A stretch of 64,000 nucleotides of DNA from the human T2T-CHM13v2.0 reference genome, Homo sapiens: assembly GCF_009914755.1 (NCBI RefSeq), contig NC_060939.1; one strand, written 5' to 3'. A program made the position numbers and the translations under genes. Of this stretch, positions 32,923 to 46,968 are shown piece after piece. The notes under the pieces were generated by a model. That model saw only the letters and a list, made by a program, of their open reading frames with translations. It had not been told where the DNA came from and made no database searches. Position 1 is the first letter of the stretch; each line of letters starts with the position of its first letter.

Positions 32923-33424
32923 GAACCCCACCCCCAAGATTTTCCTAAGTGAATGAATAGTCATCCCCCAGCCTTGTTCCTGGCCTCTAACAGCATTTTA
33001 GAAGGAGGTTTCTCATGACTGGGGTTGGCTGAGATGGGAATTTCCTGATTCCATTGGCTGTGATTCAGCCCCATGCCATCCTGCCAGTAAGATGAACACA
33101 TGAGTCATGCTCAGCTGCTAGGGTGCCTGGTGCTGCTTCCAGTTCCTCTGGGTGACCTCTGTCCAGCACATAAACCTCCTGAAGCATTCCGAATTTGCGG
33201 AAAGTGAGCCACCCTCCCAATGTGTACATGTCTGGGCCTACCTTCCTGCTCTCGTATGTGACAGGCACACAGCCTTTCCAGAAGGTACCTCATTGCCTAG
33301 TACAGAAATGCTGAGGTTCTCACAGGAGTGAGAACCCTACTGACTGGCTGTTGTGTCTCTCCCATACAGTCGGGTGTGGAGCAGTTGGACCCACATACCT
33401 ATCTGCGCCCATCCTCAGTTGAAA

Positions 33425-33610
33425 GGTAGTGAACAGCTTGGGCTGTGGACTCAGGCAGGCCTCGGTTCAAATCCCAGCTCTGCCACTCAGGGGCTGTGTG
33501 TGCAGATAGGCTGCATCTATTGTCCAAAGCCAAACATGGGGAAAACCAAACAATCTCTCAAAGGGGTGTGGTGAGGGCTTAGGCAAAAGACTGGTGTACC
33601 GTGGCTCGGA
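33425..33610 (+). mobile_element. MIR remnant
   Basis: ggcctcggttcaaatcccagctctgccact. Confidence 0.55.
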
Positions 33611-35739
33611 TGGATTAGTTTCCATTCTCCCTCTCTCTGTTTCCAGCTTTCCTCTCACTACAAGATGAGGGCCCTGTCCCTCTTGGGCGTTTGCCAAAGG
33701 AAGGTCTGGACACCCAGCAGCTCATTCATGTCGCTTCCCAGTTTGCTGTTACCATGTTGCAGTGCAGAAGCCATAAGCCGCATGATCCGTGAGCCTGGCC
33801 CTGCAACTTGGCTCCTCCACACAGCAGCGTTTGCCTTCATTGTCACAGATGACTATGAGAAGATGCCCTTGGTCATCTTTGGTCTGGGCTCTGGAGTTCT
33901 GTAGAGCTTTGAGCCGCCAGAGCTAAGGGGGTGAGGCTTGCCCCAGGCCGGTGGCACACCCAGGACTGGGCCTGGATGACTTTAATGGTAGGACAGAAGG
34001 AAGAGAAAGGAGCTCCCCAGAGTCCAGCTGCTGGGCTGTGCAGCCCATTTGCAGTGTACTTCCAGGAGCCTTGATGGTGAATGCTGTAAAAGGGGGAATC
34101 TTTCTTCCCCACCTTTCTTTAAATCATAGAGCTATTGTGATGGCTTCTGAGCTGCAATAGAATCACCCATGAGGATTTTTGTTTGTTGTCTTGGCATGAA
34201 GTTCCTGTCCCTTCACAGTAATCCGGCAGGTGCCTCCCAGGGCATGGAGTCATTGTGTCACATTCTTCTCCAGGACTGCAGGAGGGTGGGCACAGAGTTC
34301 CACAACTTGAAATGCAGCAGACAGTTGAAAGGATTCTGCTCACACCAGGAGTTGGATTGTATTTTTCCAAATGCATTAAGTATTTTAAGCAGCTTGAGCT
34401 GCTTAATGGGCCTGAAAGCATTTGATTAGTCCAAAGGGCTCTATGCCCGGCAGGTCAGGGGACAAGAAGTTCTTAAAATCCTATGGGTCTGACCCCTTCT
34501 GCTCTCTCTGGCTATCTGGCTACAACGGGTCCCCAGGGTTGCAGCAATAGCTGTGACCTGCTTATCTTCCCAGAAGTGCTGGAGGCAAGCTGATCCCTGA
34601 GCACTGTGCCTGGAGCACTGCAGGTGCCCTGCAGCCATCTCCATCCACACCCCCTGCCTGGCCTGCCCCGATTCCAGGCTGGGCCTCGGGCTCCCCTCCC
34701 TTCTTCGTCCCCCTCCTCATCTATCTGTGGCTCTTTCTCTCGGGCCCTACCACCAAGCCCTCTCCTTGCCATTCTCTTCTGTCCCTCAAGCCGTATTCCT
34801 CAGCATCACATGGTCCTCCCGGGTCCCGGTCCACTCCTGTCATGTGAGAACAAATGGTGTCTGCTGGAATTTGCTTCGGGCCTCTGTTGTGTTTTGAGCC
34901 AATGTGTGTGGTCCTCCTAACGTCATTTGATTCATCCGGCAAAAGGCTCTGCTGCCTGCCTGTCTGGGGCAGAGCTTCTAAGACCCTGTCAGTTTTGGAC
35001 AATGAGGCTTCCCTGGGGGTGCAGAGTGGTGAAGCTGTTTGGAATCCTTCTCTTGAGGTGGAGTCCAGAGTTTCTTCCTGTCAGTTCCTCCCCATTTGTG
35101 TCAGCAGGGTGCTATGTCCAGCGCAGGTCCTCCCCTGGCCCCTTTCTGGCCTTGCAGAGTGCCCCCGGCCCCGTGTGAGCAGATGGCCTTCTGGGCGGAG
35201 CGTGCAGTCTCTTGGCAGGGCAGCCAAGTTGGGGGTGAGATGGACCTAGGGCTCTCTGACCCCGTAGGTTTGGCCTAGGCTGAGACTCTGAGCAGGTCAC
35301 TTACCTCTGGGTCCTCATGCTCAGGTTCAAAATGAGACAGACAGTGGAGTTAAGAGATGATTTTTCTGATCCTTCTTTGGGTCTTTGCATCAGTTATTTT
35401 AAAAAAAGAGAAAAGCAAGCCAACACAACCATCCTCGGCTGATTGGTGGAGCAGGGCTTACTTATGTGGCTAGTTAAAAGAAAATTTATTTTTGAAAGCT
35501 GCATGGAGATTTTCCGTAAGCACAGTAATGTGAGCCGGGGTCAAAGCTGTCTTTCAGAGACAGGGAAGTGCAGAGATGTTCAATGTAAATTGTGCCTTTT
35601 AGCTAAACACTTGGTAGATTCAGCACTGGCCGTGTAGGTTTGTCCTGCTTGTTTTGGGGGAACCAGAAAAGATCTGATTGAATTTAATCTGATTTCTGCT
35701 AGAGTTTGGTCATGTAAGATTTGAAAAAGTGAACCTTCC

Positions 35740-37690
35740 TGAGCCAGAGCAATCAGGCAACAAAGAAATAAAAGGCATCCAAATAAGAAAAGAAGCCAAA
35801 CTGTCTGTCTTCACTGATGTTATGATTCTATACATAGAAAACCCTAAAGACTTTGCCAAAAGGCTCCTGTAACTGATAAACAACTTCAATAAAGTTTCAA
35901 GATACAACATCAATGTAGAAAAGTCAGTAGCATTTCTCTACACCAATAATGTTCAAGCTGAGAGCCAAATCAGGAACACAATCCCATTTACAATCGCCAC
36001 ACACAAAAATACTTAGGACTACAGCGAACCAAGGAGGTGAAAGAAATCAGAGATGACACAAACAAATGGAAAAACATTCTATCCTCATGGATTGAAAGAA
36101 TCAATATTGTTAAAATGACCATACTGCCCAAAGCAATTGACAGATTCAGTGCTCTTCCTATCAAACTGCCAAGGCCATTTTTCACAGAGCTAGAAAAAAC
36201 TATTCCAAAATTAATATGGAACCAAAACAGAGCCAGATAGCCAAAGCAATCTGAGCAAAAAGAAAAGCCAGAGGCACCAATTACCAAACTTCAAACTATA
36301 CTACGAGGCTGCAGTAACCAAAACAGCATGGGACTGATACAGAAGCAGACACACAGAGCAGTGGAACCGAGTAGAGAACCCAGAAATAAAGCCACACACC
36401 TACAACCATCTGCCCTTTGACAAAGCTGCCAAAAATAAGCCATGGGGAGAGGACTCCCTATTCAGTAAATGGTGCTGGGATAGCTGGCTAGCCTTATGCA
36501 GAAGAATGAAACTGGATCCCTACCTTTTACCATGTAAAAAATCAACTCAGTTGGATTAAAGATTCAACCTATGAGAATCCTAGAAGAAAACCTAGAGAAA
36601 CATCATTCTGGATATTGGCCTTGGGAAAGAATTTATGACTAAGTCCTCAAAAGCAATTGCAACAAAAACAAAAATCAACAAGTGGAACCTAATTAACTAA
36701 AGAGCTTCTGCACAGCAAAAGAGTAAACAGACAACCTACAGAATGGGAGAAAATACAAACTATGCATCCAACAAAAGTCTAATATCACAACTCTACAAGG
36801 AGCTTAAACAATTGAACAAGCAAGAACCAAATAACCTCGTTAAAAATTGGGCAAAGGACATGAACAGACACTTCTCAAAAGAAAACAGGTAAGAAGCCAA
36901 CAAGCATATGAAAAAATGCTCAACATCACTAATCATCAGAAGAATGCAAATCAGTACCACAGTGAGATACCATCTCACATCAGTCAGAATGGCTATTTTT
37001 CAAAAGCAAAAAAAATAACAGTTGCTGGCAAGGCTCTGAGGAAAAGGGAACTCTTACACACTATTGGTAGGAATGTAAATTATTCAGCCACCTTGGAAAG
37101 CAGTTTGGAGATTTCTCAAAGGACTTAAAACAGAACTACATTTGACCCAGCAATCCCATTCCTCAGTATATTTCCAAAAGAAAATAAATCACTCTACCAA
37201 AAAGACACATGCACTTGTATGTTCATCACTGTGGTATTCACAAGGGCAAAGACACATAATCAGTCTAGGTGCCCATCAGCAGTGGACTAGATAAAGAAAT
37301 TATGGTACATATACACCATGGAATACTATGGAGCCATAAAAAAGAACAAAGTCATGTCCTTTACAGCAACATAGATGCAGCTGGAGGCCATTATCCTAAG
37401 CAAATTAACACAGAAACAGAAAACCGAATACCACATGTTCTCACTTATAAGTGGGAGTCAAACATTAGGTACTCATAAAGATGGCAACAGTAGACACCAA
37501 GGACTACTAGAGGGCAGAGGGTGACAGCGGGGCAAGGGTTGAAAACTAACTGTTGGGTACTGTGCTTGTTACCTGGATGACGGGATTAATCATACCCCAA
37601 AGCTTAGCATCACACAATATACCCAGGTAACAAACCTGCACGTGGACTCCCTGAATGTAAAATAAAGGTTGAAATTAGTCAAAAAATAAG
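35740..37690 (+). mobile_element. 5'-truncated primate L1 (L1PA16/17 or L1PB-like), ORF2 3' part plus 3'UTR
   Basis: ORF2 peptide [33 protein letters not shown]; 3'UTR aacaaacctgcacgtg..aaaataaagg; degenerate TSD gaaaagtg(aa/gg)ccttcc. Confidence 0.92.
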
Positions 37691-39456
37691 GAAAAGTGGG
37701 CCTTCCCCGCCCCCCACACTTATAAAGAGTTAAGGATTTTGTGTTTATTTTAAGCCATGTTGAACTCAGCCCAACATATTGACACAAGGCAGGACTTAGT
37801 GCAGTGTCACTAGGCTTTAATTTTGTTGCCCTTTGGGCTAATAAAGTCAGGTTATCTCACTGGGCTGTTTCCTTATCCATTAAGACATTTGATGTAACTA
37901 AGTACCCATCCTATGGTGACATAAACTTTTTCTTATGTCATTGGAAAGTCCAGAATACCTGGTTGCAGGCAAGGTTTGATCTAGCAGCTTGACCTTGTTA
38001 GCACAGGTCCAGTTTCTTTCCCTCAGTCCTCCCTGGTATTTTATCAGCTTCATCCTAAGGCTGGTTCAGGGAAGATATTCTGATGATATATATTTCTGCT
38101 TTGGCAATGGAGGATTTATATTCGATTGTCAGAAGTCCTCATGTCCTATTTAAAGTCTAGTCATTGGAAAATAGGTTGATAAGGATGGACCTGAAGAAAA
38201 TAAAGCAGCAATTTGTCATGACAAAGCAAGACTAGGAAGAGGCATTGGACCAGCATGACCAATTCAAGGACACGTTGATGATGTCTTCAGCGCAAGTGTT
38301 CTTCCCAAGCTTGGGGGACCTGGCAGGGCTGCCTACAGGGCTGGTGTCCAGCCTGCTCTATAGAAGGCGAATTAGAGATCGCAATAACGGGCCAGCTTCC
38401 ATGATGACCCCAGGTTGTAGTGATGTCTATGTAGAAATGAAATAAATGCATAATTAAAACCAAAGGTAGGCTTGCATTTGGGTTGAGGTCCTGGCACCTA
38501 CGGAGGCCACAAGTGTGTCAGGGTGGAAGGTAACTTGGTGAAATAGGAAGTCACTGCCTATTGCCCACTCATGTCCCCACTGATGGAGTTAGCTGGGGGA
38601 TCCCCTGGTGCAGACCCTGGAGAGGCATCACTGTCTTCCTTGTTCAGTGGGCTTGGGTCACCTGCATGAATTCTGAGGTTGGGAAGGTGTAAACATTTCC
38701 CTCAACACCTGCAGCCCAGCCGCCGTCTCCCTGGGTGCTTCAGTCAGCCGTCACGTTGGGGAGGCGTCATGTAAGGTGGTCCTTGTCTGAGTAGAACCTG
38801 ATTTTGAAAATGAAATTCATTTCCTTGCCTTCATTTTCCAGACGAAAAGATATGTATTTGTGGTGTGTGTGTGGCGGGAGAGTAATTGGCTTTGGTTTTG
38901 ACAAGGAGGACACCAGAGTCCTGTTCTGATACTCAGTTTTGGGCCCATGCGTGACAATTCTGTGTTTCTTTTCAGCATTTGCCAATACATTATTTTCTAG
39001 AGTCTCTCCCAGCATACGGAAAAACCCCAAATTCAAATTTGACTTTTCTCTTCGAGGCTGGTTGTGGCATGCTGAAGCTCCCAAGGCATGTAATGTAGTG
39101 AACAAGGTGGCCTCCAGGAGCGCTGTCGGCTCATGGGCCCCACCCACCCACCTCACGGTGTAGGAGGATCCACCAAGTCACTGTCAGAGTGGGTTGGAGA
39201 GACCTGGCCTGGGGTCAGCTCTGTGGGCAGATGGGCCCTTTCCCCCACTGGGTGGAGTACGCTCCTTAGTAGCCCAAGACAGAACATTGCCTTCTCCCGA
39301 GAAACCCACCTCTGGGGAAGGTTAGGCCATGGGATCTGCGGGAAGGGTTTTAGGAGTAGATTAATGGGATTTGTGATCCCAAGCACCCAGGCCACTCTGT
39401 GGTCCCCACCCCTGGGCTTGAGTCCTGCTGAGGTATAAGTGGTGCTAGAAGACCTC

Positions 39457-39482
39457 TGCCCTGCCCTGCCCTGCCCTGCCCC
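39457..39482. repeat. (TGCCC)5 pentamer repeat
   Basis: tgccctgccctgccctgccctgcccc. Confidence 0.85.
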
Positions 39483-39799
39483 AGGAACCTGGCTTTCTCT
39501 GGGCTAATGAGTGTCCTCTCTGAAGGTATCCAGAGGCCGTGCAGACACTCACACTTTGGTGTGAGGCGTGCCCTCGGTTGATCAGTTACACTGCTGTGGG
39601 GTGCACAGGTGGCAAGGTGGGGGATTCTGGGATCGGGGAGGCTAGTCTGGGTGTAGGGTCCTGCCCTGGAGGGGCTCACAGTGGGGTTGAAAGCAAGCTC
39701 TCGAGGCGTTATTATTCGGGACTCTGAGTGCCGGGCCATGCTGGGGGAGTGAGGGCAGGGGGAGCTGCGGAGGCAGGGCTCTGAGGGCTTTAGAACAAG

Positions 39800-40010
39800 A
39801 GCCGGTGTGTGTTTCCCACTGAGTACCTGCCGGCACCTCATTTATGCCACGTAGCAACCCCATGACATAGGCTTATAGGGGACTATAATTATCCCCATTT
39901 CACAGCTGGGAGAACCTAGGCTTAGTGTCACAGAACCTAGGCTTAGCCACTGGGTGGCTGATACTGCCACCCAGTTCTGAGCCAGTATCAGCTTCCAGCC
40001 CCCTGACTCA
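39800..40010 (-). mobile_element. MIR remnant
   Basis: attatccccatttcacagctgggagaacctaggcttag. Confidence 0.6.
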
Positions 40011-40122
40011 GTCTCTCTGCTGTGGTTTCCTCTCAAGTGCCAGGATCCTTCCTGGTCCCGTTTCCAACTCAGACCAGTGGAGGGGCGCGCTGTGGTTACC
40101 ACTCATTAGAAGAGAGGCAGGG

Positions 40123-40500
40123 TCTCTCTGTCTCTCTCTGGGTGTCCCCCACTGCCATCTCTGGGTGCTGGGGGAGCTGCTGTATATCTCTCTCTGTCTA
40201 TCCCTATCTCTCCCTCCACTGCCATCTCTGGGGGTTGGGAGAGCTGCTCTGTCTCTCTATCTCTCTCCCCCCCCACCCCACTGCCATCTCTGGAGTTTGG
40301 GGGAGCTGCTCGCTCTCTCTCCCCCCTCCCACTGCCATCTCTGGAGGTTGGGGGAGCTGCTCTATCTCTCTCTCTCTCTCTCTCTCTCCCCCCACTGCCA
40401 TCTCTGGGGGTTGGGGGGAGCTGCTCTCTCTCTCTCTCTCTCTCTCTCCCTCTCTCCCCCTCCGCCAACCACTGCCGTCTCTGGAGGTTGGGGGAGCTGC
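40123..40500. repeat. Compound minisatellite: six ~30-bp cores separated by variable (CT)n/C-rich spacers
   Basis: Core cactgcc(a/g)tctctgg..tggg..agctgc starts at 40150, 40217, 40279, 40330, 40393 and 40470. Confidence 0.92.
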
Positions 40501-42023
40501 CTGGGATGCAGAGCGGCTTGGATTGGTGCTCCCTCTGCCTCAGTGGTTGAGCTGACCTCTGTCCAGTCTGTACACATTGGATCCTGAGGCTGAGCTTGGG
40601 TGGCTGTGGCAGGAAGGTTTGGTGACATCACACCCTTCAGGCTTGTGTCTGTCTGAGCCAGGCTCTGACTGGCTGGGAGAAGAGGAGGAGGTGGGGTTCT
40701 GGGAGGCCCTGAGGCTGAGCACGGCTGCTGTGCTCTGTGGCTGCACTGCAGGGGCACGGGCTCAGCATGTTCTGGGCCAGGGCACACAATGCTTTCAGAT
40801 CAGGCTCCAGCACCCCACACGCCCCTTCATGCTTTGCACTTTTTGTCTACCAGCCAGAGGGCAGTGAATAATGAGAACAAACAACATCGGGTCCAGATTT
40901 TCGTGGTCATTTTCCTAACAAGCCGAGGTCAGAGAGCACTGAAAGGAGGCCTAAGTGCTTCTGCCACCTCAGCTGACTGTTTTTCAAAAAGGAAAGCATG
41001 CGTGGGATGTGTGTATTAGGTGTTACGGTGATGTCTGTTGTCAGATCATGGCCAGAAAAGGGGTTGTTTCAATTAAAATGGATTTTGGACTTCGTTTTTC
41101 TTGGAATGAGTAAATTGAGGGAAATAGCACATGTTGAGATTTTGGATTTCTGCTCTTAGAAAGGATTTAAAATAAGTGGTCTTCAGTAGTTCCACAGCGG
41201 ATCTTCGAGACTGGTACAGATGGGGTCTCCTGGATGTAACGAGTTCTTGCTGCTTTAACTGGATCCGGTTGACTCTGTCTGACCAGCTCAGCTGGTTCGT
41301 TCTATGAAACGCACTTCTGCTTTCTGGAATCTGAAGGAAGGAGAGAGATAGAAGACAAAGAAGGACAGATGTGTTGGTGGCCAGACCCTGGCTTCTGAAC
41401 AGTCCTTCCTGATGGCTTCAGGACCTGGGAGGAGCGGCGGAGCAGGTGGCTGCCCTGGGCTTGCCAGACACCTCCATTCCAGCAAGATCCTCCTGGGGGA
41501 TGTGGTGCCCTCCCTGCCTCTCAGGCACAAGCATATGCTTGTTTGGCCTAAAAAAGTCTCCTTAATTAAAATTAATATCGTAATGCAGTAAATCCTTCTG
41601 CCTCCTCTTCCCCTGCCCAGTTACAATTCCCGGCGGCTCTCCAGCCCATAGAGGAGGCTTCTCAAAGTTTCCTGCCTCCTGGAGGAGAGAAGCCATTCCC
41701 CGATCACCCAAAAGGACAAAGTATGTGCCCACTCTGCGTCCTTGCTTGTCACTGCCCAACATCTGCAAACATTAACTAAAGTGCTGAGCCCATTCAGGTG
41801 TAGGACTCACTAGTTGGTTAATGTGACAGACAGCGTTTCCTGTGCCAGCGCTGGCTGGTCACTTCCTGTCATCCAGCACTCTTGAGTGTTGCAGTGGATG
41901 CCTGTTTCGTAGGAACACTCAGCCTGTTCCGTAAGAAGGAGCGCCACTTCTCAGCCTGTACTTAGCAGGTCACTACTGTTGGCCACTCTGCTTTTCTTTT
42001 TAAAATTTTAATTATTAAAAAAA

Positions 42024-42277
42024 TTTTTTTTGAGAGTTTCCCTCTGTTGTCCAAGCTGAAGTGCAGTGGTATGATCTTGGCTCACTGTCACCTCTGCCTC
42101 CCTAGTAGCTGGGATTACAGGTGTGTGCCACCACGCCTGGCTAATTTTTGTATTTTTAGTAGAGACGGGGTTTCACCATGTTGGCCAGGCTGGTCTTGAA
42201 CTCCTGACCTCAGGTGATCTGCCTGCCTTGGCCTCCCAGAGTGTTCGGATTACAGGCATGAGCTACTGCTCCTGGTC
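42024..42277 (-). mobile_element. Alu SINE (AluSx-like) with ~30-bp internal deletion
   Basis: cctctgcctccc joins directly to tagtagctggg. Confidence 0.92.
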
Positions 42278-42316
42278 CCCTTCTTATTTTTATGTTAGTC
42301 TTTGGAAACAATTGGC

Positions 42317-42659
42317 ATATATTTTAGTCTGTTTAGGTTACTGTAACAAAATACCATAAACTAGGTGGTTTACAAACAACAGACATTTATTTCTCACAGT
42401 TCTGGATGTGGGAAGTCTAAGATCAAGGCGCCAACAGATTTGCTGTCTGGTGAGGGCTTCCTGGTTCATAGAAGGCCATCTTCTCACTACATCCTCACTT
42501 GGTGGAAGGCTCAGGAGAGTTCTCTGGAGTCTCTTTTACAAAGGCACAAATCCCATTAATCACCTCCCAAAGGCCCACTGTCTAATAGCATCACTTTGGG
42601 CATTAGGTTTTAACATGTGAATTTGGAGAAGGGCAGGCACAAACATTCAGTCTGTAGCA
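42317..42659 (-). mobile_element. MaLR solo LTR (MLT1A-like)
   Basis: ttagtctgtttaggttactgtaacaaaataccataaactaggtgg...cacaaacattcagtctgtagca. Confidence 0.82.
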
Positions 42660-43239
42660 GCATACAAAAATGTAACAAGAATAATGTGATGAACAGCTAG
42701 GTATCCACAAGCTGCTAAAGGTAGAGAATACTACCATATTGGTTACCTATTTCTGTGTAACATATTATGCCAACACTTAGTGGTATAAAACAGTAAACAT
42801 TTATTATCTCACACATAGTCTGTGGGCCAGGAATATGGAAGCAGCTGAGCTGGGTGGTTCTAGTGGAGGGGAAAGATGTGAGCTGGGGCACCTGAAGGCT
42901 TGACTGGGGCAGGAGGATCCACGTCCAAGATCGACTTCACCTGGCTGTTGGCTGGCAAGAGGGCTCAGTTCTTTGCCATATAGACCTTTCCACAGAGCTG
43001 CTTGAGTGTCCTCACAACATGGCAGGCGGATTCCCCCAGCCTCAGTGATTCAAGAGAGAGTATAGAGAGAGTAGAGAGGAAGCCGCTGTGCCTTTTATGA
43101 CCTGGTCTCATTAGTCATACACTGTCATTTCTGCTTATGTCTGTTCACTAGAAGCAAGTCACTAAATTCAGGCCACACTCAAAGAGAAAGGAATTAGGTT
43201 CCACTCTTTGAAGGGAGTGTCAAAGAATATGTGGAGAGA

Positions 43240-43266
43240 GATATATATATATATATATATATATAT
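43240..43266. repeat. (TA)n microsatellite at an Alu tail
   Basis: atatatatatatatatatatatatat. Confidence 0.9.
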
Positions 43267-43569
43267 TCTTTTTTTTTTTTTTTTGAGATGGAGTCTCACC
43301 ACTCTGTCACCCAGGCTGGAGTGCAGTGATGTGATCTCAGCTCACCGCAACCTCCGCCTGCCAGGTTCAAGTGATTCTTCTGCCTCAGCCTCCCAAGTAG
43401 CTGGAATTTACAGGCACACACCACCACACCTGGCTAATTTGGGTATTTTTAATAAGGCAGGGTTTCACTATGTTGGCCAGGCTGGTCTCGAATTCCTGAC
43501 CTCAAGTGGTCTGCCCGCCTCAGCCTCCCAAAGTGCTGGGATTACAGGCATGAGCCACCATGCCCAGCC
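43266..43569 (-). mobile_element. Alu SINE (AluS-type)
   Basis: Full-length antisense; flanked by tgtgga. Confidence 0.94.
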
Positions 43570-43599
43570 TGTGGATGTATTTTAAAGCATCATAACACC

Positions 43600-44710
<1,111 letters not shown>

Positions 44711-44729
44711 TTTTCTTTTCTTCCTTCTA

Positions 44730-44940
44730 ACATAATGTAGAAGCTAAGAGTGTGGATTCTGGGGCCACATTGCCAGGGTTAAATCCCAGCTTCAACACTT
44801 CCTGTGTGGCCTTAGGCTTAGTCTGTGTATGCCTCAGTGTCCTCATCTGCAAAATGGGATGATGGCTCCCCACGGTGGGCCTGGGAGGATGCGCAGGTTC
44901 GTATCTGTGAATCAGTTAGTGCCTGTCATAGTAAGCACAA
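44730..44940 (+). mobile_element. MIR SINE
   Basis: agggttaaatcccagcttcaacacttcctgtgtggccttagg..gcctcagtgtcctcatctgcaaaatgggatg. Confidence 0.75.
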
Positions 44941-45658
44941 GATAGACTAATGCAACCTAGTGTGCTGGGCCCTGTGTGGCCACACGGGGCTGTATGCACA
45001 GGCGTCACCATGGCCAGAGCTGGAGCTCAGATGTGTCTGAGAAGATTGGCAGATGCTGCTTCACTCTGGCTCCCGGTCTCCTGGGTGGCCCTGCTTCCAT
45101 CCCTGAGCTGCCTGAACGGAAAACGAAATCCCATCCCCGCTCCAGGGGGTGCCTGGGAATTGGAAGGCATCAGGCTCCTCACAGCAAAAATAGAAGCCTC
45201 ATTTGCTTAGGAGAGAACAATGACGAGGAGGCAAGCCAGCAGAGGCGGCCTTGGCGGGCTGTGTACACCCTCTGCTTGTCTCCGCACTCCCTGGGGTCAG
45301 ACGTAGACGTGGCTAAGCTGCCTGCAGACCTTCTCTTCCCCTTCATCCTGGCCTGCAGTGGGCATCAGGGTCCATCCTGGGACGTGGGCTGTCTTGGCAC
45401 CAAGTTCCAGTTCTTAATACCTCAGTGTCACACTGTTCCCTGATTTCTCAAAGCCAGGAAGGAATTGCAGAAAACAAGGTCAGTTTAGTATCGAGAATCA
45501 CTGGAGAGCCGTGTCAGAGCCCTGCTGAGAAGGGCGCGGGGAACTGTGTTCCTGTCTACCTGATGCTGTGGGCTGCACAAGGACGGACTTACTGAAGATT
45601 ACAGGCCAGGGGGAAGAGGGCACGTTTAGTGTCAACCCTACACAGAAGAAGTTAGCTC

Positions 45659-45923
45659 CGCTGGGCGCGGTGGGCACTTTGGGAGGCTGAGGCGGGTGGA
45701 TCACCTGAGGTCAGGAGTTCAAGACCAGCCTGGCCAACGTGGCGAAACTGCGTCTTTACTAAAAATACAAAAATTAACCTGTTGTGGTGGCATATGCCTG
45801 TAATCCCAGCTACTCGGGAGGCTGAGGCGGGAGAATTGCTTGAACCCGGGGTGGGAGAGGTTGCAGTGAGCTGCACTCCAGCCTGGGCAACGGAAACTCC
45901 GTCTTAAAAAAAAAAAAAAAAAA
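45659..45923 (+). mobile_element. Alu SINE (AluSx-like) with two short deletions
   Basis: ggcgcggtgg|gcactttggg and gtgag|ctgcactccag junctions; TSD agaa(g/c)aagt(t/c)agctc. Confidence 0.93.
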
Positions 45924-46925
45924 GAACAAGTCAGCTCAGCCCCACTGCAAGGAGCTCCTGGGTTTATTTAAGTGAGCCTCAGATAACTTTACATAAAAGC
46001 AAATGTGTAAAAAGCGATAAAGTCAGATATATTGAACATTTGTCCTGAGGGCAAATTTCTGAGCTCTAAAAGCCAGTTTGGTTTTAGATAACATCTGTGA
46101 GTCTGGAAACAGGCTGAGATACTCTATATCTGCACTCCCAACTCTGCCTTTGGCTTTGTGAGCCCTGTGGTCTCCTTGAAAGAATTGGTCCCCAGTGGGT
46201 GAACTAATCACCCATGAAGAGTCTCCCAATTCAAATCTGGAATAAAAAGTGAGGACATGGGGGCAGAATGTTACTCATCACATGTGGCCCGTCAGTACTA
46301 GACTTCAAGGTAAGTTTCCAAGAACAGAGCTCTGTGACCATTTTCATGATAGCAATTTGTACATTATTACTAAGTAATTTTAATGCCGTGTTTACAGGCC
46401 ACCTTCCCAAACAAAACAATTGTTTCTGGAAGTTAGACTCTTGAAGACTTAACTTTTAATCCAGTTTGTTCTCAAAACATTTGCACAAATGAGAGTCTTG
46501 AGGTTTGAGCTTTCTATTCTAAAGGCTCAGCTTCTTGCCCAGGAGAAAAATAATACATGCTCGTGTTTATAAATAAGAGTTATGGCATTGGAGTCCTTTA
46601 CATTGCAGCCAGCCTAGGGACTCAGTTATTCAGAATTTAAACATTTTACTTGTAAAGAGCACTTTGGTATCCACCCCAAGGGCCCTCCTCTGCCTGTCTC
46701 AGCACCATCTCTGTGTGTCCCATCAGGAAGCAACAGACAACTCCCTAAGCCCCACAGTAAAAACGTCTCTCCTGGTCTGGGGGCGCATCCATCCCCCATG
46801 TCCCCAGTCCCATCCTGGGTGTTCTGGGATTCCAGCCACAGCTGTGGGGACACCGCCATCTCACTGCATCCCTCTTGCTCTTGCGGCAGCTTGGCTGAGC
46901 TACAGGGCCGGGCCGCAGGAGGCGT

Positions 46926-46968
46926 CCTTGTGCCGGAGCTCACCTTGTGCCGGAGCTCACCTTGTGCC
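46926..46968. repeat. 17-bp tandem repeat, 2.5 copies
   Basis: ccttgtgccggagctca twice, then ccttgtgcc. Confidence 0.9.

Larger units (their letters stand above)
42736..43597 (-). mobile_element. MaLR solo LTR (MLT1F/G-like), split by (TA)n and an Alu
   Basis: acttagtggtataaaacagtaaacatttattatctcac..ctgaaggcttgactggggc..gctgcttgagtgtcctcacaacatggc..aagggagtgtcaaagaatatgtgga. Confidence 0.72.

Noticed and set aside
33830-33885. Possible acceptor ttcattgtcacAG followed by ATG
   Set aside because: Weak pyrimidine tract and no good downstream donor
35740-37690. L1 ORF2-like peptides as an active element
   Set aside because: 5'-truncated, with multiple stops and frameshifts
39911-39946. 15-bp direct repeat agaacctaggcttag
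   Set aside because: Small local duplication inside a MIR remnant; no sign of function
40123-40500. CRISPR-like repeat-spacer appearance
   Set aside because: Primate DNA, no cas genes, degenerate repeats, and spacers are (CT)n microsatellite rather than unique sequence
39925-40587. 220-aa ORF and overlapping ORFs
   Set aside because: Open only because they run through the stop-poor minisatellite; low-complexity translation
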